From: a virus
Taxonomy: Duplodnaviria > Caudoviricetes
DNA: 52,898 nt
IMG/VR virus record: IMGVR_UViG_3300020468_000009
Coordinates: 1-52,898 of that record
Reading direction: 5' to 3' (one strand)
The notes below the pieces were generated by a model that was not told where the DNA came from, searched no databases, and worked only from the letters and a program-made list of their open reading frames with translations. Positions within the stretch are counted from its first letter, which is position 1. Every line of letters starts with the position of its first letter. Shown one piece after another: positions 19,601-28,763 of this stretch. A program made the translations under genes and the position numbers.

Positions 19601-22600
19601 TATCTAAATCATCTGCCCACATTCTGATTTGTTCTTCACCAACAACTCTTGCAGTCCATGCACCTCTAATAAGTATGAATGGTTTCCAAGCTCTATTCAT
19701 ATAGTTATCTCCTAATTTAGATAACCAACCTTGCACTAATGCATTAGCATCTGCGTCATCTGCTGATAAATCAAATTTTTTCCTAGCTGTTTTTACTGTC
19801 ATTTTTAACCAATCTGTAATACCTTTTTGGTCATTTGTTTGTAATTCAAATAAATCAGCTACTGGTTTTGCTAACATCTCTTCAAATTCAGAAAGTTCAA
19901 ACTCTCGTCCATCTTCTAAATTGACAGTTTTTCTAGTAGAACTTACTCTTGCTCTTTTAGAACTAGGTATAATTCTTGTCCAAAATTCTCTAGCTGGTGA
20001 GAACACTCTTAAAAATAATCTTGCATCTGGCAAAGGTAATGCACCTGATGCTAAATATTCTGATATCAAATGTGCAGTAGGTCTTCCAACAACTGCTTCT
20101 ATTTCATCAAAATTAGCACGTTTCATTAATGTATTTGTTGCTGTTGTAAGAACATCATCTTCAGTGGTTATGTCAGAAAAATAATTAAGTATTTGATTTG
20201 GAGATACCTTTGCATTTTTAAATACTTTAAATCCTGCTTTAGTATCAAATGCATCTTGTGTTTTTGTAAATAAAGTTTTAAGAACAGGACTTATCTTTGA
20301 CGCATCTCCTGTTCTAGGTCCAATAACATTTACTGTAGGATATTTCTTAATAAGCTCTTGTATCTCTTGAACAAATTTATTATCAATTCTTTGTGCAGTA
20401 TCAACAACTACTAATGGTCTGTTACCTTGATATACACCTTGCTCAGGTATTTTAGCTTGTGACCATTTACCTTTTCTTGCGTAGTTAATTGCACCAGTTG
20501 TACCTTTACCAGCTGGATTACTTGCAGAATCAAATATTGCAATAGTTATATCTGCATCATCAATGTTCTTTTGACTTCTTGCAACAAAATATTTATTAGC
20601 TGGCATCTTATCATTAATATTTTCAGAAGTTAATCTATTTCTTTCACGTTGTAATGTTTCTAATTTCTTTACAGCTGTGTCATCATTAATGTCATTAAGC
20701 CTTGCTTTTAACTGTGCTTCATGTTTTGCTAGAGATTGTTTTTCTTTGTTAATTCTTTTTTGTAAATTTTTATATGCTCTTTGATAACCAGGCATATCAA
20801 AACTATCATATTGTAATATTTTGTTTGGACCTTCTTCTATTAAGTTTGTAGCATATCTAAGTATTGATGCTTTAGCTTCTAGCTCTAATCTAGCTGCTAA
20901 AGATAATTCAGGTGCATCTCCATTCTTTATCCTTACATCATCAGCATCTAATGCTTTTCTTGCAATATAACCAGCTTGTAATTTATTTTGTATTTTTAAA
21001 TCATCTCTAACAGGAGAAAGCTCTAATTCTTTGTAAGCTTTTTCTAAACCTTTTATTTTTGATTTATCATTAGAAACTGTTTGTTTCAATCTATTGTATG
21101 TTGTAGTAAGAGCTCCTACTCTTTTATCTTTAAATACTGCTTCTTTTTCAGTCCTTGAAATTGTTTCATCAATAAAACCAACTTGTCTAGCAGTGTCATC
21201 TGTTAATCCATAATCTATTAACTCTGCTTCATGTAGTCCATAACTACCTGCTTTAGTTTGTGCAGAGTCTCCAAAACCAGGAGTTGCTGTACCACCTGTT
21301 TCTATATCAAGTTCTTTTGCAACTCTAAGTGCTTGTATTTCTGTACCTCTACCACCATTTGAAATAACCTTTGCAGGTAATACTTCTGCTTCTGCTATAT
21401 CTGTTGGTACTCTTTGTGCTGAATCAACTTTAGATAAAAAGTCATCTTTAATATCTTGTATGCTTCTTAATCTTCCAGACTTTTTAAAATTAGAGTTACT
21501 TATTATTTCATCAATAATATCTAATGTTTGTTCCATGTTAAAAGAAACATTATCTAAATTATTTCTACCTTTATCTAAGATATCAATTTTTTGTAAGTTC
21601 CAAGCTTCTTCTCCATATGCACCATAAAAATATTTGTTGGCTTCGTCAACACTAGCAACTAATTTACCAATTTGATTAACTACACCTTTTGGTATATTCA
21701 CAGCTTCAAACTTATCCATAATGTGTTTAAGAACTCCGCCTTCACCACCATAAATATCTAACATCATATTTAATTTTTGTAGTGAAGCTGGACTTCCTTC
21801 AAGAGCTTGAATAACTTCATCATCCATAGCATCAACAATTCTATCTAGTGCTCTTGTTGCAACATCATCATCAACTTTTGCAAACTTCATAAAGTTTTTT
21901 AATTCAAAAAAAGTATCATTTAAACTATCTGTTTGTATTCTTGGTGCAGGAAACACATTAAATAATCTTTCGAAGATACTATTTTTACTATTTAATTTCA
22001 TTGCAGTTCTAAAACCTACTGCTGATGTTTTATCTCCATAAACAAATTTAGCTGCTGCTTTTGATAATGAACCATTAAATAGTAATGACGTTGGGTCAAG
22101 TCTTGCCATTGCATCTGTAGTAGGGTCTTGAGCAGCTTCAACAAGAATATTTTTTATTGCTTGTTTATCTTCAGTATCCCTAAGTCTTCTGTAAAGTTTT
22201 GCACCACCAGCACTTCTTGCAATAGTTCTATCTGAAACTCTTTTACCTTGTTTTCCTAAAAGTATTTCTACTTCATCATATGTTTTTGCTTGTGCAAACA
22301 AATCTGCAATATCATCACCAGTTTTAGTTTCAAAATAAAACTCTCTTGCTTTAGGTACTTTTACTGTCTTTCTAACAACATTATCAATTAAGCCACTTGA
22401 TTTTTTTGTTTCTGTAAGGTTAAATGATTTTTTGATTTTTCCTGCTTTTGCTAATGCACCACCAGCATATGTTGCAGGGTCAGTTACTACTGTATAAACT
22501 CCGTCAATAATACCTGACAATAAATTAAAAGATTTCGTTCCTGGTTCAAATACTTCAACAGCTGCAACACGACCAGGAGATAATTTAACAGTACCTTTTC

Positions 22601-23324
22601 TACCTCTATAAGTTCCTGCATTACCTTCTCTAGTATTCATTTCTAATTGTGTAATTGGTTTGCCATAATATTCTTGGATAATTTGTTTTACTTCATCAGG
22701 ATTTGCACCTCTACCAACTAACTCTTTATAAACTTCTGTGTCTTCTGCAACTGTAGAATTACCAAAATAACCTTCACCTAAGTTAACTTTTTTACCTTGA
22801 CGTAATTGTTGAAAGGCTCTAGTAGCTACAGTAGGTCCTTGGTCTTGTAATGATTGTACAAACTCATTTCTACCATTAGGGTCAAGTAATGGTACTAATG
22901 TGCCTACACCTGTAAAAGCAAGTAGTGGATTCATTTTTCTTGCAGCATAATATTTCATACTTGCTGTGCCATATTTTTTTACAAATTGTGATGCAGACTC
23001 CATTCCAACTACTGCACCCCTTACTGCACCTCTTCCTGCAGCTTTAACACCTTCCCACCATGATGTTTCTTTTTCTAAAAATCTTTCTACAATACTTGTA
23101 AATTCTGGTGAGTCTTTTGTAAGTCCCATCAATGCACCTGCAACCTGTACATCTTTTGGTAAGAATCCATAAGTCTTAGATATCTCAGACATGTTATAAG
23201 GTATAGATGGATTGTTTGCGAAAAAGTTATCTATTTGTTCAGCTTGTCCAAGTAATTCATTTTTGTAAATTTCGTCCTGGTCTTCTTGCCAGGGTGCTAC
23301 CCAGTTCCACCTAAAAGCCGTCAT
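16695..23324 (-). CDS. Giant internal virion / DNA-ejection protein (2209 aa) with embedded SLOG-like domain
   Basis: Large helical protein in a podovirus-like module; KVISNGGRGTEIQAL...ETGG and RSQKNIDDADITI...GTTGAINYA...VNVIGPR. Confidence 0.7.
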   Translation of the reverse strand: MTAFRWNWVAPWQEDQDEIYKNELLGQAEQIDNFFANNPSIPYNMSEISKTYGFLPKDVQVAGALMGLTKDSPEFTSIVERFLEKETSWWEGVKAAGRGAVRGAVVGMESASQFVKKYGTASMKYYAARKMNPLLAFTGVGTLVPLLDPNGRNEFVQSLQDQGPTVATRAFQQLRQGKKVNLGEGYFGNSTVAEDTEVYKELVGRGANPDEVKQIIQEYYGKPITQLEMNTREGNAGTYRGRKGTVKLSPGRVAAVEVFEPGTKSFNLLSGIIDGVYTVVTDPATYAGGALAKAGKIKKSFNLTETKKSSGLIDNVVRKTVKVPKAREFYFETKTGDDIADLFAQAKTYDEVEILLGKQGKRVSDRTIARSAGGAKLYRRLRDTEDKQAIKNILVEAAQDPTTDAMARLDPTSLLFNGSLSKAAAKFVYGDKTSAVGFRTAMKLNSKNSIFERLFNVFPAPRIQTDSLNDTFFELKNFMKFAKVDDDVATRALDRIVDAMDDEVIQALEGSPASLQKLNMMLDIYGGEGGVLKHIMDKFEAVNIPKGVVNQIGKLVASVDEANKYFYGAYGEEAWNLQKIDILDKGRNNLDNVSFNMEQTLDIIDEIISNSNFKKSGRLRSIQDIKDDFLSKVDSAQRVPTDIAEAEVLPAKVISNGGRGTEIQALRVAKELDIETGGTATPGFGDSAQTKAGSYGLHEAELIDYGLTDDTARQVGFIDETISRTEKEAVFKDKRVGALTTTYNRLKQTVSNDKSKIKGLEKAYKELELSPVRDDLKIQNKLQAGYIARKALDADDVRIKNGDAPELSLAARLELEAKASILRYATNLIEEGPNKILQYDSFDMPGYQRAYKNLQKRINKEKQSLAKHEAQLKARLNDINDDTAVKKLETLQRERNRLTSENINDKMPANKYFVARSQKNIDDADITIAIFDSASNPAGKGTTGAINYARKGKWSQAKIPEQGVYQGNRPLVVVDTAQRIDNKFVQEIQELIKKYPTVNVIGPRTGDASKISPVLKTLFTKTQDAFDTKAGFKVFKNAKVSPNQILNYFSDITTEDDVLTTATNTLMKRANFDEIEAVVGRPTAHLISEYLASGALPLPDARLFLRVFSPAREFWTRIIPSSKRARVSSTRKTVNLEDGREFELSEFEEMLAKPVADLFELQTNDQKGITDWLKMTVKTARKKFDLSADDADANALVQGWLSKLGDNYMNRAWKPFILIRGAWTARVVGEEQIRMWADDLDNVFTHPLSAFAWILGKDRQSVLRRVRGYEDLDIDRTIQRGMFGIRDNEILADSIYHKSSMSMSHSGILDGDKLKRTFAFKEVQKGDKGYHGAAVSEIFQLVDDPIAAEIATLKGGVDDIKSGLQNIKDRFWNEDGDLSSWRTALAYGSDEAGKYQKIKILNDRKWADDYIDSVAARVHYKTGGSYKVTEVKPDGTRIVFEDMEGMKRIRKSPQSEIEFELVTTGDAELLEHISKGINAVDDKAILVDIDGKTVAIGRKASIGNKKTYTKWLAKKDPYKPIHVMKKSVFDMDGERVSSYDAAVERLFSIVMSAPTNRLSRSPAFRQFYWRFMETNIAYFDDGLRKQIKQQAQASNLPKSFIKQLDTTGKVSADEGKLLRIADLDTLDETAKAYALSETQSLLYDLNRRHVVSDMLRLAFPFAEVYIEIMGTWSRLLNQKKFLATRKITRGIDGARKADLNNDDEGFFHTDAMTGEEMFFFPGSEFLTNWMFEGNRDSRTIKNPVTGEELAAPDAKINLKGYVSSLNMIVGNPAPGLGPLVGIPASKILPETELIDKVFFPYGRETKSALSPATYANALIPSWAKKAMSMGASDPDMQRGFANVYKDVIKMFVTTGLYDDSTPAKQARMLEEAKKTAMFLTAARTFIQFAAPTGAVIRYDIEVAPGGQLFVDPLQTKGDDPKHHFYGMSILTDAYYRILSKYGGDQVLATKEFVNQFGLDPTALLVSKSKEIKKRSYTDEGVKFGRDNEEILNIYPDVGYYLFPDNPLDEFSFVAWADSFADRDRVDLSEDEYVTAVRQAQGRLAYEYQRRLLFESGAHRNLTPERKYEILTDYRMALRQEYPGYGQTSTTAKAIDAESKRLQLINMIQNEGERTVNLPNGETMLLKELPSMQGLVSYLEIRDSVLAQIQRRDGPRATLKRQEYTYFREVLRRKAQELFSQFPDFYYVYDDILRFEVEEEFTDVFTPMEY

Positions 23325-23689
23325 GTTTGAAATGATTCAGATTCAGATTGTGCTGTCCCATCATTCATTAATGCTATAATTTCTTTACTCTGTAACACAT
23401 TTGCCATTCTTCTTAATACCATATCTGCATCATAAATAGGTTGCCCTGAAGCTGCCTTATACTGACTTGTTGATACATCTTCACCAGGTACATTAGTAGG
23501 TGTATCAAATATTGATTTACCTGGTTGCATAAATTTTCTAACCCTATCTACTCTTGGAGCACCTTGTGTTTGTGCTACTTCATCTACAAACATTTCTGCA
23601 GAATTTTGTAATTCATTTAACTCTGTGCCTTGTCCGTATTTCTCTGAATCAAATTGTGCTTTGTTTGTTGAAGGTGTATATCTAGTCAT
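23321..23689 (-). CDS. Hypothetical protein downstream of portal
   Basis: YGQGTELNELQ and FDTPTNVPGEDVS motifs; coupled to neighbours. Confidence 0.6.
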   Translation of the reverse strand: MTRYTPSTNKAQFDSEKYGQGTELNELQNSAEMFVDEVAQTQGAPRVDRVRKFMQPGKSIFDTPTNVPGEDVSTSQYKAASGQPIYDADMVLRRMANVLQSKEIIALMNDGTAQSESESFQT

Positions 23690-23915
23690 CTAGTACTCCA
23701 TAATCAAAATCTTCTGGCACAACTAATATATCTATTCTTCCTAATGTAGGAATAAAAGCTATAGTTATTGCATCAATAATAAAACCTGGTTTTTGTTGTT
23801 GACTAAATAGTTCTTCATCAAAAGCATCAGCATACATCTCCCACATAGGTTGTTCATCTGCTGTATAGTTATTTGCAATAATTTGTGCAAACTCAAAGTT
23901 TTCTGATTTATCCAA
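23682..23915 (-). CDS. Hypothetical acidic protein
   Basis: 77-aa ORF overlapping the portal stop; GGAG RBS. Confidence 0.55.
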   Translation of the reverse strand: MDKSENFEFAQIIANNYTADEQPMWEMYADAFDEELFSQQQKPGFIIDAITIAFIPTLGRIDILVVPEDFDYGVLDD

Positions 23916-25662
23916 CTGCTCCTCCTAACAATGCTGCAAGATTAGGTGGTCCTTGTTGTTGAACTTGTTGTGCTTGTTGTAAGACAGCTTGTTCTTCTGG
24001 ACTAGGTTCTTCACCACTTGCTGTAAAGTATTTTTCTAAAATATCTCCAATGTCTTTTGGATTATTATAGATTTCTACTACAGCCATCATTGCAGCTTTA
24101 TCTCCTTGTTGTGACTGTTGTAACAACATAGAAAATAATATTTCTTCAGTTTTTTGTTTAGTTATTCTTTCATTAATTTGACTTAGATTTTCTAAACCAT
24201 CCATTTCTTGTTGCATAGTTTCTTTGTCTATAATACCTGCCTGTAACAATTGCAACCCAGTAATAATTTTGTTTGGTGCATCAAAAGAAGCCATTGCACC
24301 ATATTTTCTTTTTGTAACATAGTTCTTATCAATATCAGTTCCAGGTGTGTAACTTTCAGAAAAAGACGCACCTTTGTATGTACCACTAATAGGTTTTCTT
24401 TTTTTAGTAAATAATATTTCGTCTAACTCTAATCTTTTAGAATCTACTTCTTGTAATGCATTCTCAAGTATTGTGTGGTATTCAGATACCATTGCTCCAA
24501 CACCTGCTTCAAGTTCTTCTAGTCCTCTACCAGTAACAAAAGAATTTGGTGATATTGCATCATCTTGTACAGGATAACCTGCAACAACTCTTAATTGTCT
24601 TTCTAATCTACCTACGGACTCAAATAATTGATACGGTAGGTTATTGACAGGTTTGACAACTTGTGAACCAGGAGATAAATAATTTATAGAGTTTCTACCT
24701 TTTCTATATTGTCCTGACTCTAGTTCTCCAATAATGTTTGTTTCTGTAAATACTGCATCTTCCATAGCTATAACAGATAAAATATTAATCTTTGCCATAG
24801 ATGCCATAAGTCCTATGACTTGGTCAAATTGACCTTGTAATTTATCAAAGCTAAATCTTTTAGCAATAACAAACGAAGGACCTGACTTAAGTGGGTTAGG
24901 AACAAAATCAACAATTTTTTTAGATGCAGGATGCATAATGTATGTTCCTTCAATATTCATGTATTCAACAATTACTTCACCACTTTCATTTGCATTTTCC
25001 CAACTACCATCATTTGTATATTGGTTAAAAGAAATGTTGTAGTATTGTTCTTGTTTATCTTTATTGTCTTTTTCAAAATAAGCTTTAAGTTCTGGATACA
25101 TTTGAATTAAGTTTTTAACAGGAACTTTTTGTATAATTGCAAGTTCTTGTGGTTCTTGCATATTTCCATAGTATCCAGGAAAGCAATCATATGGATTACG
25201 TAATTCTGCACATGGGTACATGTTTCCATTTGTATCTGGTTTAGATGTTATTACCCATACTGCAAATCCATAACCAGGCAACCATCTAGCTACTTGGGGA
25301 AGTTGTAAATCTAATCTTTGCATTTTATCAAATGCAGTAACAATTCTTTCTAACTTATCTTTTTTACTTTTGTTTCTTTGACTATCTCTTGCATTTGTAA
25401 TATGTACGTCTAATGTAGGTACTTTTCCAATCTTTTGTGCAAGTCTATCTAATGCAGACAATAATAAGTTTGGTGCAGGTAATGTAAAAGAATCCATACT
25501 ATCCATACCTGGACCAAGTAAATCTCTTATGCCATGTTCTCCACCATTAAGAATGTTTCTAAATCTGCTTCTATCAAGAAGACTATCATCATGCATTTGC
25601 TTAAGATATACTGCTCTATCAATTATCTGGTCAGGTGTCAATTTAACTCCATGGTATGTCAT
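23908..25662 (-). CDS. Portal protein
   Basis: 584 aa directly after terminase; NPYDCFP, GQFDQVIG, LLQAGIIDKET, Gln-rich C-terminus. Confidence 0.8.
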   Translation of the reverse strand: MTYHGVKLTPDQIIDRAVYLKQMHDDSLLDRSRFRNILNGGEHGIRDLLGPGMDSMDSFTLPAPNLLLSALDRLAQKIGKVPTLDVHITNARDSQRNKSKKDKLERIVTAFDKMQRLDLQLPQVARWLPGYGFAVWVITSKPDTNGNMYPCAELRNPYDCFPGYYGNMQEPQELAIIQKVPVKNLIQMYPELKAYFEKDNKDKQEQYYNISFNQYTNDGSWENANESGEVIVEYMNIEGTYIMHPASKKIVDFVPNPLKSGPSFVIAKRFSFDKLQGQFDQVIGLMASMAKINILSVIAMEDAVFTETNIIGELESGQYRKGRNSINYLSPGSQVVKPVNNLPYQLFESVGRLERQLRVVAGYPVQDDAISPNSFVTGRGLEELEAGVGAMVSEYHTILENALQEVDSKRLELDEILFTKKRKPISGTYKGASFSESYTPGTDIDKNYVTKRKYGAMASFDAPNKIITGLQLLQAGIIDKETMQQEMDGLENLSQINERITKQKTEEILFSMLLQQSQQGDKAAMMAVVEIYNNPKDIGDILEKYFTASGEEPSPEEQAVLQQAQQVQQQGPPNLAALLGGAVG

Positions 25663-27550
25663 TTAAGTCTAACATATTGTAACCTTCATAACTAGGAGTG
25701 TAATCTAATCCCATATCTGCATATGTTAGTTTTTGCAAGTTTCTAATTACTTTCATTGGAAACCAGCTTGCCATAACTATATCACTTTTATAAGAGTTTT
25801 TATTGCCTTTTGAAGCAAAATATGAAAGTTGTTTTGTGTACGAAATACTCTTAGATTGTGCTTCTGCAGAGTAAAAAGGTAAAACAATTTTATGTTCTGC
25901 AAACATTGGTGCTAATGCTGTTACACCAAATCTTTCATCCCATTTGTTTTTATGTGTTTCGTGACCTTCTAATTTAATTCCATGCATATTTGCAAACTGT
26001 TTTGTAGTTTCATCTTGTCGTATAGCTTTTTGAAAACCATTTTCTTCTATAACCCAGTGATAACATCCATACATATCAAACCATTTTTTAATTAAGTTTC
26101 TTGCTTCTTCTAGTCCTCCACCTTGTTGATTCTCCATATCTACCATTTGTAACTTTATATCATCAACAGATGTTTCGACTGCCCATAAAAATCCTGCTTG
26201 ATATCCTGTAGCAGCTGGGTCAAGTCCTGCAACTAAGTAAGAAGATGCTGGAACGTTGCCTAAATCTATATTTTGGTCATAACATTCTTTAATAACTTCA
26301 GGATTAAACAAAGATAAACCTTTTGCTTGTGCTTTATTTAAATAAACCATCTCAAACCTTTGTACACCACCAGTAGTCATAGCATCACGTTTTCTATTCA
26401 TAAGCCATTTAAAACTTCTTTTATCTTCCCACAACATACATTCTTTATGTTCTTCTTCATCAAACTCTGGTATTACACACATTGAATCATGTGCTTCTTC
26501 TACTATTGTCTCCCATGCTTCGTTTTCTAATAATGCAGAATATAAATCATCAGGATGTTGTCTTGAACCAATAACTACCATTGCTGTATGTTCTTCTTTA
26601 CGAGAGCCTAATGTAGTTGTCCACCAATTTTTTGTATTCTTTCTTGATGCAGGTTGCATAGTAGATGAAAAATCTTCAATGTCATCTGCAATAATTATGT
26701 CACAGTCTCTTGATAGAATCTTACCACCTCTACCTAAACCAACCATTGTAGGTGATTTAATACCTGATACTGTTCTAGTAGATACTGTAAAACCATTCTG
26801 TGACCAAGACTTACCTGTTCTTGTTGCTGGTTTAAAAGAACCATTAGGTCCACAAAAATCTTCTTTTAATTTTTCATTGTTTTCTAATGTATCTAATACA
26901 GAAGATACAGAGTTTTTAGAAATATCTTCGTTACCACCTATCCAAAGTATTCTTATGTTTGGATTTCTACAAATAAGCCATATAACAAAATGTATTAGTA
27001 ATTCTGTTTTGCCGTGTCTTGGTGGTGATAGAATCATTTGTTGTCCACCAGTAAGTAAAGCTTTGTTAATTGACTTAATCCAATTGTTATGAAAGTCTGC
27101 TGTTTCAAAAGGTACACCTAGTTCTGTAAGAAAATATCTATCTCTAAAACCTTTAAATTCTTTTAAAGATTGTTTTGCATCATCAGATAGTTCCCAGTTT
27201 TTTGTTGCTACTTCTGTTTCTATATCTTCTCTATAGGCTGCCATAAGTCTAGCTACATTGCCAACTGTACAACCTAATCCTGCTGCAACTTCTTGTCTAG
27301 TTATCTTTCCGTTAAGAAGTTCTAATGCGTAACCTTCATTAACAAATTTTTCATAATATTGTCCTCTTCTTACTGTTGCAGCTTGTGGTTGATTTACATC
27401 TTTAATTGGTAATACATACTCTTCACCTTTGTCTTTAGCTCTTTTAATACGCATTGATATTCTTCTATAACAAGTTTTAGAACAATATTTTGTTGCGTTA
27501 GGTGGTAATGAATTGTTGCAGTCGTCTGCTATACAGACAACATTTACCAT
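25643..27550 (-). CDS. terL: Terminase large subunit with N-terminal Zn-finger/HTH extension
   Basis: Walker A PPRHGKT, Walker B IIIADDIE, GSRQHPDDLY, nuclease AGLDPA, VIEENGFQK, SDIVMASWF. Confidence 0.93.
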   Translation of the reverse strand: MVNVVCIADDCNNSLPPNATKYCSKTCYRRISMRIKRAKDKGEEYVLPIKDVNQPQAATVRRGQYYEKFVNEGYALELLNGKITRQEVAAGLGCTVGNVARLMAAYREDIETEVATKNWELSDDAKQSLKEFKGFRDRYFLTELGVPFETADFHNNWIKSINKALLTGGQQMILSPPRHGKTELLIHFVIWLICRNPNIRILWIGGNEDISKNSVSSVLDTLENNEKLKEDFCGPNGSFKPATRTGKSWSQNGFTVSTRTVSGIKSPTMVGLGRGGKILSRDCDIIIADDIEDFSSTMQPASRKNTKNWWTTTLGSRKEEHTAMVVIGSRQHPDDLYSALLENEAWETIVEEAHDSMCVIPEFDEEEHKECMLWEDKRSFKWLMNRKRDAMTTGGVQRFEMVYLNKAQAKGLSLFNPEVIKECYDQNIDLGNVPASSYLVAGLDPAATGYQAGFLWAVETSVDDIKLQMVDMENQQGGGLEEARNLIKKWFDMYGCYHWVIEENGFQKAIRQDETTKQFANMHGIKLEGHETHKNKWDERFGVTALAPMFAEHKIVLPFYSAEAQSKSISYTKQLSYFASKGNKNSYKSDIVMASWFPMKVIRNLQKLTYADMGLDYTPSYEGYNMLDLNDIPWS

Positions 27551-27837
27551 TTAGTTTTGTTAGCCCAGTATGCTGCAGACATTTTACCCTTCTTTATATT
27601 CTTAGCATGTCTAGCTTTAAAAGACTTTCTCCTTGCTTTAGACCTTGCATCTTGTTTCTTACCTGCAGTAGTTACTCCCTGTTGTCCAAACCTAATTAAT
27701 TTAAGTTGATGACCTTCTTGTGCTAAAACAATATGTGATTTAGTTTTATGCTTCGGTGTACGTTTTGGTTTATTAACACCTTTAAGTCCGTGTTTCTTTA
27801 AAAGATTTTTTTTTCTTGCAGAATTACTATGTGGCAT
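27544..27837 (-). CDS. Small basic protein (DUF5754-like)
   Basis: KLIRFGQQG...ARRKSFKARH...KMSAAYWANKTKW. Confidence 0.7.
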   Translation of the reverse strand: MPHSNSARKKNLLKKHGLKGVNKPKRTPKHKTKSHIVLAQEGHQLKLIRFGQQGVTTAGKKQDARSKARRKSFKARHAKNIKKGKMSAAYWANKTKW

Positions 27838-27971
27838 CAGCTCATCTTTGGTTTTCTTTTACCGTTCTGACGTAGTTTTTTAAAGTCAGCTCCAGTAATT
27901 TTATCAAAAGGTGGTGCAGCTTGTGCAATTTTTTTTTGTGCTGCAGTAAGTTTACCATTACCCTTTGTCAT
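27837..27971 (-). CDS. 44-aa basic protein (not in ORF track)
   Basis: MTKGNGKLTAAQKKIAQAAPPFDKITGADFKKLRQNGKRKPKMS; TAATG and TGATG coupling at the two ends. Confidence 0.7.
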   Translation of the reverse strand: MTKGNGKLTAAQKKIAQAAPPFDKITGADFKKLRQNGKRKPKMS

Positions 27972-28144
27972 TATTTGCCTACTTTCTTCTGTGCATTGAC
28001 ATGAGCTTTACTAAAACTAGCTCCTCTTCTCATACTATTATACATAAATTGCATGTGTTTTTTTGTATGATTCTTAGAATGTTTCTTCATAGCCTTTTGT
28101 TGTGACTTAGAAAGTTTTGATATATCTACGCCTTTTACTTTCAT
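27971..28144 (-). CDS. 57-aa basic His/Lys-rich protein (not in ORF track)
   Basis: MKVKGVDISKLSKSQQKAMKKHSKNHTKKHMQFMYNSMRRGASFSKAHVNAQKKVGK; ATGA coupling. Confidence 0.7.
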   Translation of the reverse strand: MKVKGVDISKLSKSQQKAMKKHSKNHTKKHMQFMYNSMRRGASFSKAHVNAQKKVGK

Positions 28145-28269
28145 TTTTTCTTCTTTACTATTTTTTTAATTTTGCCATTTTTAGTTCTAGCAAACTTATG
28201 TGTTTTAGTTTCTCTAATAAGAGTACCGTAGTATCTTTTACCTTTCCACATCCAACTTACTTTTGCCAT
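28141..28269 (-). CDS. 42-aa basic protein (not in ORF track)
   Basis: MAKVSWMWKGKRYYGTLIRETKTHKFARTKNGKIKKIVKKKK; coupled at both ends. Confidence 0.7.
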   Translation of the reverse strand: MAKVSWMWKGKRYYGTLIRETKTHKFARTKNGKIKKIVKKKK

Positions 28270-28325
28270 CAATCATCACCTGCCCAATTGGGATTACCTG
28301 AATATTCTATATCTGTTTCTTCCAT
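28269..28325 (-). CDS. 18-aa acidic micro-peptide
   Basis: MEETDIEYSGNPNWAGDD exactly fills the gap, with TAATG and TGATG overlaps. Confidence 0.5.
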   Translation of the reverse strand: MEETDIEYSGNPNWAGDD

Positions 28326-28522
28326 TATCTTTTTTTCTTTTTTTTAACAGCTCTAGATTTTTGTACAGCTTTTAAATCTATATACCGTCCTTCTTTATAA
28401 GCCTTAGCTGTACTTCGAATTTCACGTGCCACAGACGCTTTAGAGTTTCTTTTATTCTGTAAATACTTAGAAGGTACACCTTTCTCATATTTAACCTTTC
28501 TCTTACTTTTTTTTCTTGGCAC
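28325..28522 (-). CDS. Small basic protein
   Basis: GVPSKYL...AREIRSTAKAYKEG; Lys/Arg-rich; GTG start. Confidence 0.65.
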   Translation of the reverse strand: MPRKKSKRKVKYEKGVPSKYLQNKRNSKASVAREIRSTAKAYKEGRYIDLKAVQKSRAVKKKKKR

Positions 28523-28763
28523 TCTTGCCCTTCTTTATATCATTATCTTGAGAATGACCACCCCTAATAAAACTATTAACTCTTCCCATAGCCCAAGCAG
28601 CCATGGAAGCTGACTTAGAACCTGATGATAAATATGCTCCTTGTCCACGCCTATATACTCTTGAGAGTTGTCCATATGTGTATTTGGACTTAGCAGCTTT
28701 CTTTTGTAATGTAGCTTTTGTTTTTGCATTCAAGGGTTTCCTTGCAGGTTTCTTTTTTGCCAT
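28503..28763 (-). CDS. Small basic protein (DUF5824-like)
   Basis: LQKKAAKS...LSRVYRRGQGAYLSSGS...AWAMGRVNSFIRGG. Confidence 0.7.
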   Translation of the reverse strand: MAKKKPARKPLNAKTKATLQKKAAKSKYTYGQLSRVYRRGQGAYLSSGSKSASMAAWAMGRVNSFIRGGHSQDNDIKKGKSAKKKK

